A DNA stretch of 64,000 nucleotides from Podarcis filfolensis (taxonomy: Eukaryota): NCBI GenBank assembly GCA_964270895.1, contig OZ185439.1. The stretch is one strand, 5' to 3'. Shown piece by piece: positions 26,180 to 39,974 of this stretch; the first letter of the stretch is position 1; each line of letters opens with the position of its first letter. Position numbers and translations under genes: made by a program. The notes below the pieces were generated by a model that saw only the letters and a program-made list of their open reading frames with translations, searched no databases and was not told the DNA's origin.

Positions 26180-26520
26180 TAAAGGTAAAGGTAGAGGGAC
26201 CCCTGACTGTTAAGTCCAGTCGCGAACGACTCTGGGGTTGCGGTGCTCATCTCGCTTTACTGACTGGCCAAGGGAGCCGGCGTACAGCTTCCGGGTCATG
26301 TGGCCAGCATGACTAAGCTGCTTCTGGCGAACCAGAGCAGCGCATGGAAATACTGTTTACCTTCCCACCAGAGCGGTACCTATTTATCTACTTGCACTTT
26401 GACGTGCTTTCGAACTGCTAGGTTGGCAGGAGCAGGGACCGAGCAATGGGAGCTCACCCCATTGCGGGGATTCGAACTGCCGACCTTCTGATTGGCAAGC
26501 CCTAGGCTCTGTGGTTTAGA
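26180..26520 (-). mobile_element. Sauria-type SINE, young copy, slightly 5'-truncated
   Basis: aaaggtaaaggtagagggacccctga tail, gggagccggcgtacagcttccgggtcatgtggcc body, ggggattcgaactgccgacc B-box; many CpGs retained. Confidence 0.92.
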
Positions 26521-28162
26521 ACTTACACGTCTCCTAAGTGGCTCATCTGCATCAATACAAAGGATGGAAATAAACCTCCAGAAGTGTTTACAAAATACCT
26601 CAGTGAGTATGTGGAATAGTTCCTCATACAAGGCTAGATTCTCTGGTAAATTATTCCCCAGCATGCACATTGCAGATGCCGAGCAAACAAATAACTGAAA
26701 ACTCAGTAGGGAGCTGCTTCAGAACACCAGGCTAACACTGTCCCTCAGCTCTCCCACTTTTTAAAAAACCAGTATAATTTTAATGGGTTAGGAACCACCC
26801 CCCGGCCGACATCTGTTGAATTGTGGCAGCACTAGCATAGCCACAATAGTGCAGCTCATGGGAATTGTAGTCCAGATCTGGAGGGCACCAGCTTGGCAAA
26901 GGCTGCTGTATTTCATGATTCCTAAAATGGGCTATCATCTTTATACAATGTGTTACAACAGAAAGATACTTGGGGGTGAGATGTGATGTCAGTGAAGCTT
27001 CAAATAGAAGGTTGTAGATACCTCCTAGTAACAACAAAGTTTAGCAAATGATAATTGACTGGTGTAATGTATACTGTGCAAGTATATGTGGGCTTAGACT
27101 TTGTAGACATTTTTGTGTTCATTCAATGATACTGTAGCTGTTTAAGGGGAAAAATATTTTTATTTTCAAAAGCAACTTATGCTATAGCCTCAGTTCCTTC
27201 ACCTCATTTTAGAGATGCTGTTATTACATTTATGGTAGAATGCAAACCTGACATAGGAACATTAGTTGCATCCCATAATACCCAGTTCCACTTTTACTGG
27301 TGTTTATCCTAGTAACCTCAATGGTGGCAGTATTTAGTGTGTGACAATGTTAGGATGAGAATATTAATACTTCACTTTTTTCATCTGAATTCTCATCTCA
27401 AGTATTGCATCTGTACTACATTTTTAGAGATGTGCTTTATCTGTAAGGGCATTTTACCATAATTATTATCAGGGTTGAAGCTACTGTGGTCTGTAAGTAT
27501 TTTTTTGTGAGCACTGCTGAATTTTGAATATGTTACACATTGGCGATATGCTCCAAGCCAAGGGGATCACTGTTTTGAATTTCTTATTCTTCTGGGATGT
27601 TGAGAAGGGGTGTGCATCAGCACAATTTGGAAGTGCTTCTCTTGGCAGCAGCTAGAATTAAACTGCTAGGATACCAAGAGAAATTGCTAGTCCAACTCCC
27701 TGCTGAATCAAAAAATTCATTGCTTTAGTGAATTTCTATTGTCTTTCTGGAGCTCATTGTTAATGAGAACTCTGCGTGTGCTCTGGAACTATGTGATACT
27801 TTGACGTTACTCTGCACTTTAGATTCATTCCAGAGTAGTACGAAAACAAATATTGCTTTAAGCTGACTGACCCCCCTAGGCATGGGATTGAACAGCAGTA
27901 TTGGCTACAACATGTGCAAAAGCCAAATTAGTTCCTGGAACCTTTGCCATATATAATTCAACCACATGCCATTATTCAGCCATTATGTTTTCCCAGAAGA
28001 TTCCTCAAGGAAACATCTTTAACTAGTAATCAAGCTCAGTTCACATTTCCTGGGAAAGGGTCACCATCTTCTTCATGAGAAGCACCTTAAGTCTGCTGGC
28101 TGCTAGTTGTGATTGGCCAGAGACCCCTTGTGAGCATCCTGCCACTCTCTAGCAGGAAACCG

Positions 28163-28240
28163 ATAGAATCATAGAATTGTAGAGCAGGAAGTTAACCCAA
28201 GAGCCATCTAATTCAACCCCCTGCAATGCAAGAATCTATA
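28163..28240 (-). mobile_element. CR1 3' tail fragment
   Basis: atagaatcatagaattgtagag...ccatctaattcaacccc. Confidence 0.65.
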
Positions 28241-30529
28241 TTGATATGCCTGGTAGTGACTCAGAACTTGACTTGAGTAGCATTTAATTCCTCTTCTTTT
28301 CTTAACGTTATCACATTTTGGTTATGGTACACTGCCCATCAATAAGCACCTTTGCTATAACTGGGCATCTTGCAGATTCCCAAGCTATTCAACTGTTTGG
28401 ATGCCCCTAAAAAGCTGCTTTTCATGCCTGTTCTTCTACATGTTATTTTATTCCAGTCATGTATCTGATGTGAAACACAAGCTACTGTGTTCTTAAGAAA
28501 AGCTTTTCCTGTTTCTTAAACTTTAGTATGAGGAACCCATGGGGCGTGTTGTAAGCCTGGCTCTATTGTTTTCTTTCTGGAAGAAGAGTATGAGGTGGTT
28601 GAGCCCTTTCAAGGTAGTCTAGCCATTACATGAACCATTGTGTCAAATACAGAGGGCCAAGCATAGCATATGGAGGAATAAATCTCTGCGCACATTCTGT
28701 ATTTCACTTTACATTGTGTAAGCTTTGTGATAGGCATTATCTCTGTTGACTAACCTGGCTGCCCCTCTGGAATGTAGAATAAACATTCTAAATGTCACTC
28801 ATTGCTTGGCATATTTTGAAGCTGGCATGTGATCTGCACAAGCCACAGCAAAAGGAACCCCAGATGCGTCATGCTTTTTTTAAAGGGAAGAAGCATGTAA
28901 TAAAATGACTAATTAGACTACTAATGAGCGTAAAGAGTAATTAAAATATTTTTGCTTTTTGCCAGCACCAGACTCTGAAGTGTTTTAAGTCTCAGAGGGC
29001 TGGAATCTAAACCCATTATGATTTATTTTGAAGCATATGAGCCAATTTACAGTTATTACTGTTGCAGGGGGTGGGTGGGAGTAGGACTCAACATTTGCCA
29101 GCAGTGCCTATTACGAAGTGACTAGGGAACTGGTGCCTGAAGTTTTGTGGTAATTCTTACACTGTTGAGTCCCATCACATAGTCTAATGCTCATCCCTAG
29201 TGACCCATCCCTTTAGTTACCTTCTCCTAGAATGCAGGTTTCGCTAGAACCTTAATTTGCCTTTTACCTTCATCATCATGGTGTAATCGGCCAGAAAGGG
29301 ACACAAAGAACATAAAAGGTGTTTCTGAATATGTGTTTTCATTCACTCCCCATATTACGCAGGCTGTAGTGTGTGACGAGCAATGAGTAGGAGTAAGGCA
29401 GACCACTGAGCCTGTTTATCACGGTATAAGTTTAGCAAAGCAATTTGAGTAAGGAAACCTTATTACAGAAGAGAGAAAAACATTCTTCCAGCTTAATAAC
29501 AATTTCAGCCGGGAGATTGTTGAGTCTTTGGGTATATTAACCAATAGGATGAGAGATTATAATGTTTTGTGTTAAAGCTGATATGCGTGAAGCTCACTTT
29601 TAAATTGTTTCCCCCAGCAGCTGCCTCCACATAGTGAGTCAGCATCTTCTCTTCATACCACTTCTCACCCATCTTTCATATTTCACTCAGTGAAACATGC
29701 AGGCAATTATCCATGTAACCACCTGGTGAGATTTCTAGAAAGCAGTGTCTAGGGCAGGGGTAACCGGCCTATAGCCCTTTAGATGTTTTTTGTTCCCTTA
29801 GACTTAGACAGCATGGCCAATGCAGTTCCAACAACATTTGGAGGATTGTGGGTTAGCCACCCTTGGTTTTAGATACACAGAGAGGCCCATTCTCACCCAT
29901 TTGTAGCCTGAGGCAAGCATTCCTGTATAAAAGAGAAACTGCCCTAAGGAGAAGCAGTATTAAATAGTGACAACCATGAAACAATTGCAGATCAATAGTG
30001 AGATACATAGCTGCCATGTTCTGCTGGTGGTAGCCTACCCAGCATTCTGCCTTAGAGCCATAATTAGCCCTATGTAGCTACCAATACACACCTTAGACTC
30101 TATGTAGAGTGGGCCTCTCTACATTTTTGCCTCAGGACTTTTGTCTCTGGTAGCTGAATGTTGGAAGAGTGTGCATATGTAGCTGTGTCTGAATGTGTCC
30201 TTTCATATCAGACATTTTCTCCAGGTGACGTCTGCAATAACAAATAGCAATGTAGGCACCATGCTATTTCCACCCTTGCTTAAACATGGCATCTTTGCTC
30301 CACGGCAGGGCTGTTGGGGCTGATCGCTGCGTACAAGGTAGACCAAACAAAATGGAAAGCTTTTGAAAAGAAGGTGTTGCTTCACATACCCTTTGCCAAG
30401 CACAGTATAGAGTTGTGTGTATGAACTCCATAATACATCTGCGTTTATGCTTTTGATAGTTCACTGCCTTGCTCAATATTTAGGCTAAAGACAGAGTCAA
30501 GGGAAACAATGGTACCTCCCATGGCAATA

Positions 30530-31156
30530 CAGTGGTGCCCCGCAAGACGAATGCCTCGCTAAACGAAAAACCCGCAAGACGAAAGGGTTTTCCGATTTTT
30601 TAGCGGCTTTGCAAGACGAATTTCCCTATGGGCTTGCTTCGCAAGACGAAAGCCCATAGGGAAATCTCCGGGGACAGCGGGGAAGTGCAGCGCGCCTTCT
30701 CCTCTGTTCCCGGACCTGTCCTGAAGGCTTGCGGTGGGAGGTGCGGGAACAGAGGAGAAGGCACGCAGCGCTTCTCCTCTGTTCCCGGGGCTTGCGGTGG
30801 GAGGAGGGTTTTTCCTCCCCACCGCCAACAGGTCCGGGAACAGAGTCCGGAAACAGACTCCTCCGCAGCGCTTCTCCTCTGTTCCCGGACCTGTCTTGAA
30901 GACTTGCGGTGGGAGGAAGGTTTTCCTCCCCACCGCCAACATTCAGAACAGCATTCTGAATGTTGGCGGTGGGGAGGAAAGCCCTCCTCCCACCGCAAGC
31001 CTTCAGGACAGGTCCGGGTCTGAAGGCGGTCTCCATAGGAACGCATTAATTGATTTTCAATGCATTCCTATGGGAAACCGTGCTTCGCAAGACGAAAAAC
31101 TCGCAAGAAGAAAAAACTTGCGGAACGAATTAATTTCGTCTTGCGAGGCACCACTG
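30530..31156 (+). mobile_element. Tc1/mariner (Tigger/pogo-like) MITE with GC-rich modular inverted-repeat interior
   Basis: TA at 30528-30529 and 31157-31158; TIRs CAGTGGTGCCCCGCAAGACGAA / TTCGTCTTGCGAGGCACCACTG; several subterminal gcaagacgaa motifs. Confidence 0.92.
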
Positions 31157-33814
31157 TACTTATCCCCCTTGAAAAGTATGGACTTAGCCCTTTGAGTGTG
31201 GAAGCAAAAGTCATGTGTTAAGCCACCTTCAAATAATTTATTTAGTATAATTTAATACCATCGCAACTCATGTTCTGCTTCTTTAGTTTTAACACCTTGT
31301 CTCACAACAACTGCATTGTTACTTGAATGATTGCCCTACTCATAGCATTTTAAGAGGCATGATTCATAATTATTTCATATGTTTACCTTGAAAATTTATT
31401 TGGCAGGTTAGGGGGCTTCTACAGAAATTACAGCTAGCCACTGGGAAATATGGACAAAGTACATGTAGTAGATGAGCAGTGCAAAGTGGACTTATTTGTG
31501 TTGTACCCAAAGGCATAGTTAAGGTGCCTAACAGGAGCACTGGTGTCTGTGGTTGGTTAGAATAAATCCTCATGGTCTGTTTGCTTACTTTTAAGCCTCC
31601 TGGGCTGCAAATCTTTATGCAGAAGGATGGATGTCTTGGTGAATGATCCAGAATGCTTGAAATTTTTAACTGACTGGCTAACATGTGAATAATAAAAACA
31701 ATACAGTCCCTGCCTGCTAGCTTCCAACCCAACTAACACAATACAAAAGGAGAAAGAGATGAGAAAGGAAGAGGAGGCAAGCACACACCAGCTATTATCT
31801 AAGTTTAAGGACTAGCTGTTTAGGGAGAGGATGAGCCCAAATGTTGTTGTTCTCATAGCAGGACAGGTGGAAAGGCCATTCCTCTCATCTCCCTCTCTGC
31901 TGTGGCCTGATAGAATGGTTGCTGCCATGTGGTGGTTGAGGAATAAGCCTGATGGAGTTGGTCTTCCAACGGAGTTGATAGAGTGGCCCTGCTTCCCAGG
32001 GTTCCCTCTGAATTAATCAGCCATTAGCTTCACTAACAACTGCTTTGTAAATGAATGCCTTTTTGATGTTTATGGATGTTTAAAGAATCTATGTCCCAAC
32101 CAGGCACTGTTATTGTCCAATGTGAACTCATTATGGCTCATTGGGTGCAGAGGCGTTTTATTTCCATAGGAAAGCTCTTGCCGACATGTGACAGATACGC
32201 TGTGTGAAAGGTTGCTGTGAATACCTGCTTTTTATATGCATTGTGACTGGTAAATGGTCACACTGAAGTGGTTAATCTTTGGACCTCTGCTATCTACTCT
32301 GGCAGAAGTCAAAGAGCAGTGATTTAAGAGGGGTGGGGGATGAGAACTCGGATACATCACTCATCTTAAATCTACAGCCATGCGTTGCAGCAGAAAATTA
32401 GCTTATTCTTCAAGCCACAGAGATAGACTGAATTGCTTAATAACCAGAAAGTGATGAGAGATAGAAAATTGAGTGCCGGGGAAGGAATCAAAAGCATTCA
32501 GTGTGTTCCCTTTTGGAAGCAAACGGAGCCAGATGAAAACAGAGAGACTGAAAAGCTGCTGAAGGTTCAGCCTACACAAGCAGGCTCTCTTCTGTACTTT
32601 CCCCCCTGCTTCTTTAAAATGGGATGTGAGGCTCCCTCAACACAGAATCCATCTACCACACAAAGAATACATCCCTACTTGACAGGAATGAACAGGTGTA
32701 ACAGATCTGACAACACTGCTGACTCAAATATTTTTCTGTACCCTTAAAAAGAATCTGCTTATACTGTCTGATGAAACTATCCCTTTGTTTTGCTTTCCCC
32801 CCTGCCGTTTATTTTTGTGGCTAGTGGATCCCTCCTTTTAAAGCATAAACTCACTGGTTTATTTTTATGCTCATTACTGAGGAGGAAAACAACCCTGACA
32901 CTTTGCACAGAGGAACAGCAGCCTTATCATTAAAGCTGGGTCAGGAGGAAAGTCCTAGCTGCAGCAACAGCTTCCTTCTTTGGCTGCTTCTTGAATGGTT
33001 TACTTGACTTGAATTTACAATGGCAGAAGCCATGGGAGCTGGTTCAGAATGTCAGCAACCTCTCTGCTCAGGGTTGCCCATTACAGCACTATTAAGCCAT
33101 TGTTTAGATTGGGTTTTGTGTGTCAGCTGGCATATGGTGGGATGTTCTGTTACCATATGCCCTGGTTGACACACCTGAGTGCACTTTTCAGACACGGACC
33201 CTTAACGTTTGGAGAGGAATTTTGAATGTTGTGTTAATGCTGGTGTTCAAGTGCTACTGAAATCTGATGTTCTTTTTAAAGAGAATTGAAGAGGCCTGAG
33301 ACGATAGTATTCCAGAGGAGAGCAGTGAATTTTATCAAGAAGAAATTAATGAAACAATTTATTTAAAGCACTTAATCCTAACCAGAATTTATGGTGCTAA
33401 TAAATGCTCAGAACTGTTCATTATTCTGGCAACTATAGGTAAAAGCAGGAGCTAAGCAGAAAAGCAAGCATGTGCTGTAAAATATCCCAATTCTCTAGTA
33501 AGAGTATGGAAAGGGGGTGGGGGAGAGGAAATTGGGCACAATTAGAGGGTTTAAAAGTGATTATTGATGTAAATGCTAGGGGTTTCTGGGATGAGACGGG
33601 TAGAGAAGAGAGCAGGTTTCCAGGGGGTGCAAATAAGTGAGGATAGCAGAGCAGAGGAAGAGGTGCTTTTCTTGGGGCAGGGGCACAGTGTGTCATGAGG
33701 GAAGGTATGTGAATAATGCAGTGGTTTGGCAAAGAGTTAAGAGCTGAAGAGCTTATGCCTTAGGTGTGCAGAAAAACTAGGTTAGAAACAGAACAAAATT
33801 CGAGGGGGTGTGGA

Positions 33815-33987
33815 AATAGTGCTTCAGGTTAAGAACTTTGCTTCAGGATGAGAACAGAAATTGCGTAGCGGCGGCACGGCGGCAGCGGGAGGCCCCATTA
33901 GCTAAAGTGGTGCTTCAGGTTAAGAACAGTTTCAGGTTAAGTGCGGACCTCCAGAACGAATTAAGTACTTAACCTGAGGTACCACTG
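33815..33987 (-). mobile_element. Truncated second copy of the 13393-13634 MITE family
   Basis: Reverse complement matches most of 13393-13565; one intact end aacctgaggtaccactg-TA. Confidence 0.88.
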
Positions 33988-35429
33988 TAGTGGTACCTTT
34001 CATTATCTGCATAGCTGACTGGTGGTGAAGTGGAGGCAATAGGGCTCCGGTAATGAAAAGGGAGATGGAGGAGGATGAGAATGCAAGATTTCTCATGCCA
34101 GCAGACATCTTTGGGAGAAAGAACCCCAAAAATCTGGAGCAACTAACTCTGGCTTTTTTGCCCAGGTTTAATAAAACAACAACATCAACAAAGAATAGAT
34201 TCCTGTTACTTGATGACTCATTTAAAGCATGATTGCGATGTTAAAAGTTTTAAAAGGTGCACACAGTTTGAGCACTCTCACTTTGCTCCTGCCACAGTGG
34301 ATCAGGGAAACAGCAGTTGACTTAGCGTTACATCTGAATCAGTTCTCATGGTTTGCTTCCCTCCATATAAACCATGATCTGAAACCAACATTTCTTTTGT
34401 GGGAGAAACAAGCCACAAGCATGGAACTTTTGCCCAGTGTGATTAAATAAACCATACCTCTTGGCTCAGCATTATGTCTGAATGCATCTTCTATGCACTG
34501 AAGGAGATATAAACCTGGCTTTCCCCTTAACCTTGCCTTTCTAATCAGAAGCTTCCTGCCAAACAGGTGTGTTCTTTTCCAGATGAAAAGTCTGCCTTTG
34601 TCTCTCAGCAGGCTGACTTTCAGTTTGTGTTAAAGCAAATTCATCAATGTTGCAGAATTCCAGTGAATTTGTGTTGGCACTTCAGCGATGAAATATGTGC
34701 TAGTCAAAGGTGCCTTTGTTTCCTGCCCAGTTCTGTGCAAGAAAATTACTTTGACGTTCATTTGCCATGGAAAATAGTGTCTGTCTCAAACAGCTCTGAG
34801 TTTAAGGCAAATCAATATCCTGTTTGTGGCTAATCTATAAATTAGGAGACCTGTCCAGAGTATTCTGGATCCATAGCAGAGACCTGAATTACGACAGTTT
34901 TGCTCTTGAGTAGTTAATTCTTAGATAATTTGCCTCACAGTTGCATTATTAATCTGAAAAAGAAATTTAGAATAGCATGGAATAGATGCATCTTTAAAGC
35001 ACAGTGCTGTTTAAAACAGGGCTTTTGTGTTTGTACTAATGTGCAGTTCAGTGACTTTATGAGAAGTTAGAAGTTGGGGTGCTGTGAATAAAGCACATTG
35101 CTAAGGGAAGAGCCAATTGAACCCAGCTTCAGATGTGAACCAGGGGATTAGTACAGATTTTAAAATATTTTTTGCTGGCTTTGCTTTATTCTGTTTTGCT
35201 CACCTCCTTCTGGAATTGAAACAGTGAGGAGGATGCATTTGAAGAGAGTTAAGTCACAGTTGCCTTGATTATATATATATATCGGATTTGTATAAGCATG
35301 GTAACAATAAACTTATCCAGTTGAGTTAATTGCTCAGAGGCAAGTTATGAGGCAAGCAATGTACTCCAGGGCAAATTTCTTACTTGGACAAATACCCATA
35401 ATTAAACTTTCAGAGCAAAGGAGCACAGA

Positions 35430-35590
35430 ACGCTGTTTATACAGCGGCAGTTCATTTCTCCCTTTAGCTCAGTATTGCCTACACTGACTGGCAGCAGCTC
35501 TCCAGAATTTCGTGTGTCTCTCCCAGCCCACCTGGAGATGTCAGGTTGAACTTGGATCGTTTTGTATGTATCACATGTACTCTTTCACCG
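35430..35590 (-). mobile_element. Squam3-like SINE (tRNA head, CR1-like tail)
   Basis: Minus strand atagctcggtgaaagag...ggttcaa-like box...catctccaggtgggctgggagag...ctgccagtcagtgtaggcaatactgagcta. Confidence 0.72.
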
Positions 35591-35959
35591 AGCTATGATT
35601 CTCCCCACAATTTGATATGATGAGTCAGGGTAGTACGCATCATGTTCAAGAGGAAATTAGTGCTCTCATAAAATCTATTTGTTGTTTGCATGAAGCAACA
35701 GTAGTAGTAATGTTAGGCCTGCTGACTCTACCTGTATTACCACCAGTATCCGGAGGAAGTCGTAAGCAAGTACACCGAAGGAGTACTTGAGTTCTATGGA
35801 CATAACCAGGGTTGGGTGTCTTCTGGCTGAAACAGTTTAAGTATATGAACGCTCACTAGGAAAAGAGTAATGGCCAAGCTACACATTATGTAATATCCAC
35901 ACCCACATTATGTATTCTCTCTACACCCACGCCAGTGTTTTTTTCCAAATAAACTTGCT

Positions 35960-36300
35960 GGCTTAGGTGGCTATTTGCCTCTTAGAGCTTAAAATATGTA
36001 TATATAATTAAAATCTTATAGCAGAACAAAGCTGTATCAGAAATAAAACTAGTGTGCAAAACAAAAACAATTTAAAATTAAGAGTCAATAGTTTTCTTTA
36101 AAAAGCTTGTGTAAACAGGTAAGTTTTTAAGAAGCATTTAAAGGCTCATGAATTGCACATCATTCCACAGGGAGATGGCGAATGTTATCACTACAAGGCC
36201 TGTAGTAATCTGGTAGTGGTGGAACCACCAGCACGGTCTCATTGGAAAATCTTAAAATTTGCCCTGGTCTGTACTGGAGGTAATGGTCTTCTAGCTATTA
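35960..36300 (-). mobile_element. Old L2 fragment
   Basis: aaacaggtaagtttttaagaagcatttaaagg and cattccacaggg segments typical of the L2 3' end in reverse. Confidence 0.45.
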
Positions 36301-38295
36301 CTTAAAAATATGTTTTTCAATTGACAATATATATGAGTAGTTCATCAAGCATCACTCTCCTGGCTCCCACTCTCAGACAAAGTACTCGGACTCTCGACTT
36401 GAGAATTCTTAAAGGCTTTATTCCAAAAGTCATCACATAGTTTAAACATAGATTAAGATACAGGCTACAGAATCAGTAATTCAGAAATAAAAGTGTAAGA
36501 TACATGGCTGGCAGAAGCTAACACATTGTCACAACAGCTGACATGTCCACTTTGCTCCTGCTTTGCAGAGCGGGATGGTCACATGATTCATGTCCCAAAC
36601 AATGGGACTGGACAAGCAAGCGGGCACTCCTGTGTGTAGGCTGGATCTGCTTGCCAGCACATTTAACAGCACATCTTTGGAGATGGGGCCAGCTCACTAT
36701 CTGATTCAGGCTCATTTACCTCCCTGTTTGCCAGGGCAATCTCAATCTCTAGAGGCAGGTTGACAGCTGGGATGTCCAGCAGCATCTGGGCAGACTATCT
36801 GGACCCCTCCTTCTATTTCCCTCTCTCTCTGATAGATCCTGCCAGGACCATCCCTCCTTGTTTGATGCCATGGGGCTTTTGACAGTCACTTTTGACTGCT
36901 TTTATCAATTTGTTTTTATTGATTTATTCTCTGCTCTGACTCTATAGCTGCCCATAAGGTAATTTTACTTGGATATTTTATTCTCCGTTTTCCCCTTTTC
37001 ATCTTTCTGTCATATTCATCTCATTTCACATGTTTGGTACTTCTTGCCATTTATGCATGGCTGACATTAATAAGGTGGTACTATAAGGGAAGACTGAAAT
37101 CTTTGCAAAATTGCTGCTGAGCTCTCTACACTTAAAATACTGGATGAAATCCAGTATAGCGCTAAGTGAACAAGGATTGCTGCTTGTGCTGCTTGTTCTC
37201 CTTGAGGGGAGAAGGTCTCATTGTGTAGGTGGAAATCCTTACACTGACAGGGTGGGTTAGTTGAATACCACCCAATATTTTGAGAACACTTGAAGGGTCA
37301 GCCCAAACTTTCTCACAAGGAAGAGGAGCCCCTGAAAATGATGACTTCACCCTAGTCTTTCACTCTGGAGTTTATGGACAGGCACCAAAGTCTGATGGAA
37401 CTTCCTCTGGATGTCTACAATTGTATTGCATTGAGCGGTCACTCAGCTGCTCTCCACACACCCAGTTCCAGGCTTCAGAAGGCTTAGTGAGTTTCCCAGG
37501 GGATCTAAACGATGGCAGATGGGAATCCCTCCATTCATAGTTCGTTCTGTGGCCTCTTCACAGTTCTCCTTTTCTAGCTACTTAGAAGAGTGCTTTATAG
37601 CAAGCTCTCTTGCTCCGAAGTTCTGCAGAATAGGACTATGTAGGAAGGCTGGATCTGACTAAATTAAAGTGCAGTCATGTGTTATCTGTTTATGAAGGAA
37701 CCCCTCCCTGCACCTCATGAATACCATATGCTCCTTCTTACCATAGGAGGGCAGGGATAAAAGGTCATGCTGCATGTAGCTTGGAGTGAATCAATAACTT
37801 TTAGAAGTGCTAAGCCACACCAAAACTAATTATTTTTGTGGTCCAGAAAATACATTAGTGCTGCATTATGATGCTGGCATAGGCAAGTGGAATCCATCAA
37901 AGTCACTGGTCTCAGTTGGTGGGGGAGAGCAGCTTGCTTTGAGAAGAAGCTGCTCCTCCTGTTGCAGGCAGTGTTAAGGGGAGTGCTGAAGGGAAAGTGG
38001 AGGAGCGATCCCTGTTTCCTTCCCATAATACTTCTTGATAGAAATGTTCTAGCTACATACTACTCTGCCCCCCCTTCCAAGAGAGAAAAATTGGACTTAG
38101 TTTTGTTGGTTTACTTTACCCAAGTCCTAGAATGTCTGAGTGTGTTATGAATACAATATTTATAGAGGATATCACCTAGGTTGGGGACTCCTGGGGACTT
38201 CCAGCTACTCTTGTTCTCTTTGGATTGATAATATTGTTATCTAATATTAATGGTTTCCCCCCCTTGAATTCAATGTTTAAGTTTAGATATATCTA

Positions 38296-38541
38296 CAGTG
38301 GTACCTCTGGATGCCAACAGGATCCGTTCCGGAGCCCCGTTCACATCCTGAAGTGAATGCAAGCCGCGTCTGCGCATGCACGGGTCGCGATTCGCCACTT
38401 CCGCGCATGCACTTGACGTCATTTTGAGCGCATGTGCGAGCAGCGAAACCCGGAAGTAACGTGTTCCGTTACTTCCAGGTCGCCACAGAGCGCAACCCAA
38501 AAATGCTCAACCCGAAGCATATTTAACCCAAGGTATGGCTG
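38296..38541 (+). mobile_element. Tc1/mariner (Tigger/pogo-like) MITE, CpG-rich
   Basis: TA flanks at 38294-38295 and 38542-38543; CAGTGGTACCTC start, imperfect right TIR caaggtatggctg. Confidence 0.85.
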
Positions 38542-39974
38542 TATATTGAGAAGGATGTGTGTGTTTTGCTCCTCTGTTACTTTTTTGTAGCAGTAGGTAA
38601 AGCGTCTCCTCAAAGTATACTTCCCTCCCATCACCACCAAAAATGAAACTTTATTCCTACCCTGGCACTAATCTCCTTGATAAAGCATAGTGGGCTGAGA
38701 GCCAGTTCCTTCTCATTGGATGAATACAGCTGTCTTTTTACAAAGGGTTTTGCTTGTCCCCCTTTGCTCATTATGGGACACTGTATTCTGTACAATGATT
38801 ATATAAAAGCAAAATTATCAAAATAAAGACTTTTAGCATGCTTATGCGAATGCTCTCTAGTAGTTGGAATAAGGAATGGATTCTAAGGGTTCTGTGTGCA
38901 AGAGGTTTGGAGAGAGAACTTAGTTCCAAGAACTAAGAAAAGTTTTAGGTTAGGGAAACAAGTGCAGCCTTTGTAGGCAATCGTTTGGATCGTTTCTTCA
39001 TCTCCTTAGTGTTCATGTAATGTATTGACCTCTGCTATGTCTATGAAAGCAATTTACATTTAGAAGAGCTGTTATCACACTTACCATAAAGAAATCAGTA
39101 TTTGTATTCATAGAACCAGGAGACTTTTAACAACCTGAAACAAAAAGGAAGTTCATGCTTTATCTCCATTTGCCTTTGTTTTATTTTATTTTGTGTTGGT
39201 CACAAATTGCATTTGTACGTTGTGTGAGACTTAATTTTATTTGCACTTTTATATACCACCTTGCAATCTGCTGATGGAGGGTGGTTTAGAAATATTCTCA
39301 ATATATAAAAATACATTTTGATTGTCTTAACTCCTAAGACTCTAATAGCCTTGTACGGGAATTCAACATTGTACTGAGGAGTAAGTGGAAGTTATTTGAA
39401 ATATCATATTGTTCTTGTCAGCATCTCCATTCAGCTGTGACTTGTTTATTATGCGCTTTGCAGATAAGGTTGCTTACATGCTGTCCACTTTTGATGCTAT
39501 AGTTGGGTCAGAAGTGTCATTAGTATCATATTTTGCCGTTGACTATCTGTTTCAGTTAATATCACATTAGGCCACAGAGAGCATACTTAAGAAGCTACAT
39601 GCAACTGTATACACAATGCACCATAGACTGCCCTGGCTAATAAAATTTGCTTGGGAAGAACTCGACTTAAAACTGTCTCCTCTAATATACAGTATTGTCT
39701 TAGTGCTGGAGATTTTCTGGTAATATGACTGACCAATCCTCCCAAAATAGTGGTGCTATGGGATAGTCATAGGTGGCTCATCTGGTATGGTGCAGCTGCT
39801 ACATTAGTTTCTCAGCAGATGGATTACTTTTGCTTACCAAGAAGTCAATACGATGCGAATTTGGCAGTCCTGCTGGCATGCTTGCACTGCGCTGACTTCC
39901 CTGCCACATCTCCCATCTCCTAGTAAGTAACAACATCACAACTGCTGGGAAACTAGCATTGCAGCTCTGTTACC

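Noticed and set aside
30559-31195. Five overlapping ORFs of 127-153 aa on both strands
   Set aside because: They lie within a TA-flanked MITE; the GC-rich repeated modules lack stops, the peptides are repetitive and have no transposase motifs.
36116-36124. CAG|GTAAGT as a recursive splice site in the 35-kb intron
   Set aside because: No adjacent polypyrimidine tract and it lies in an antisense L2 remnant where the word is expected.
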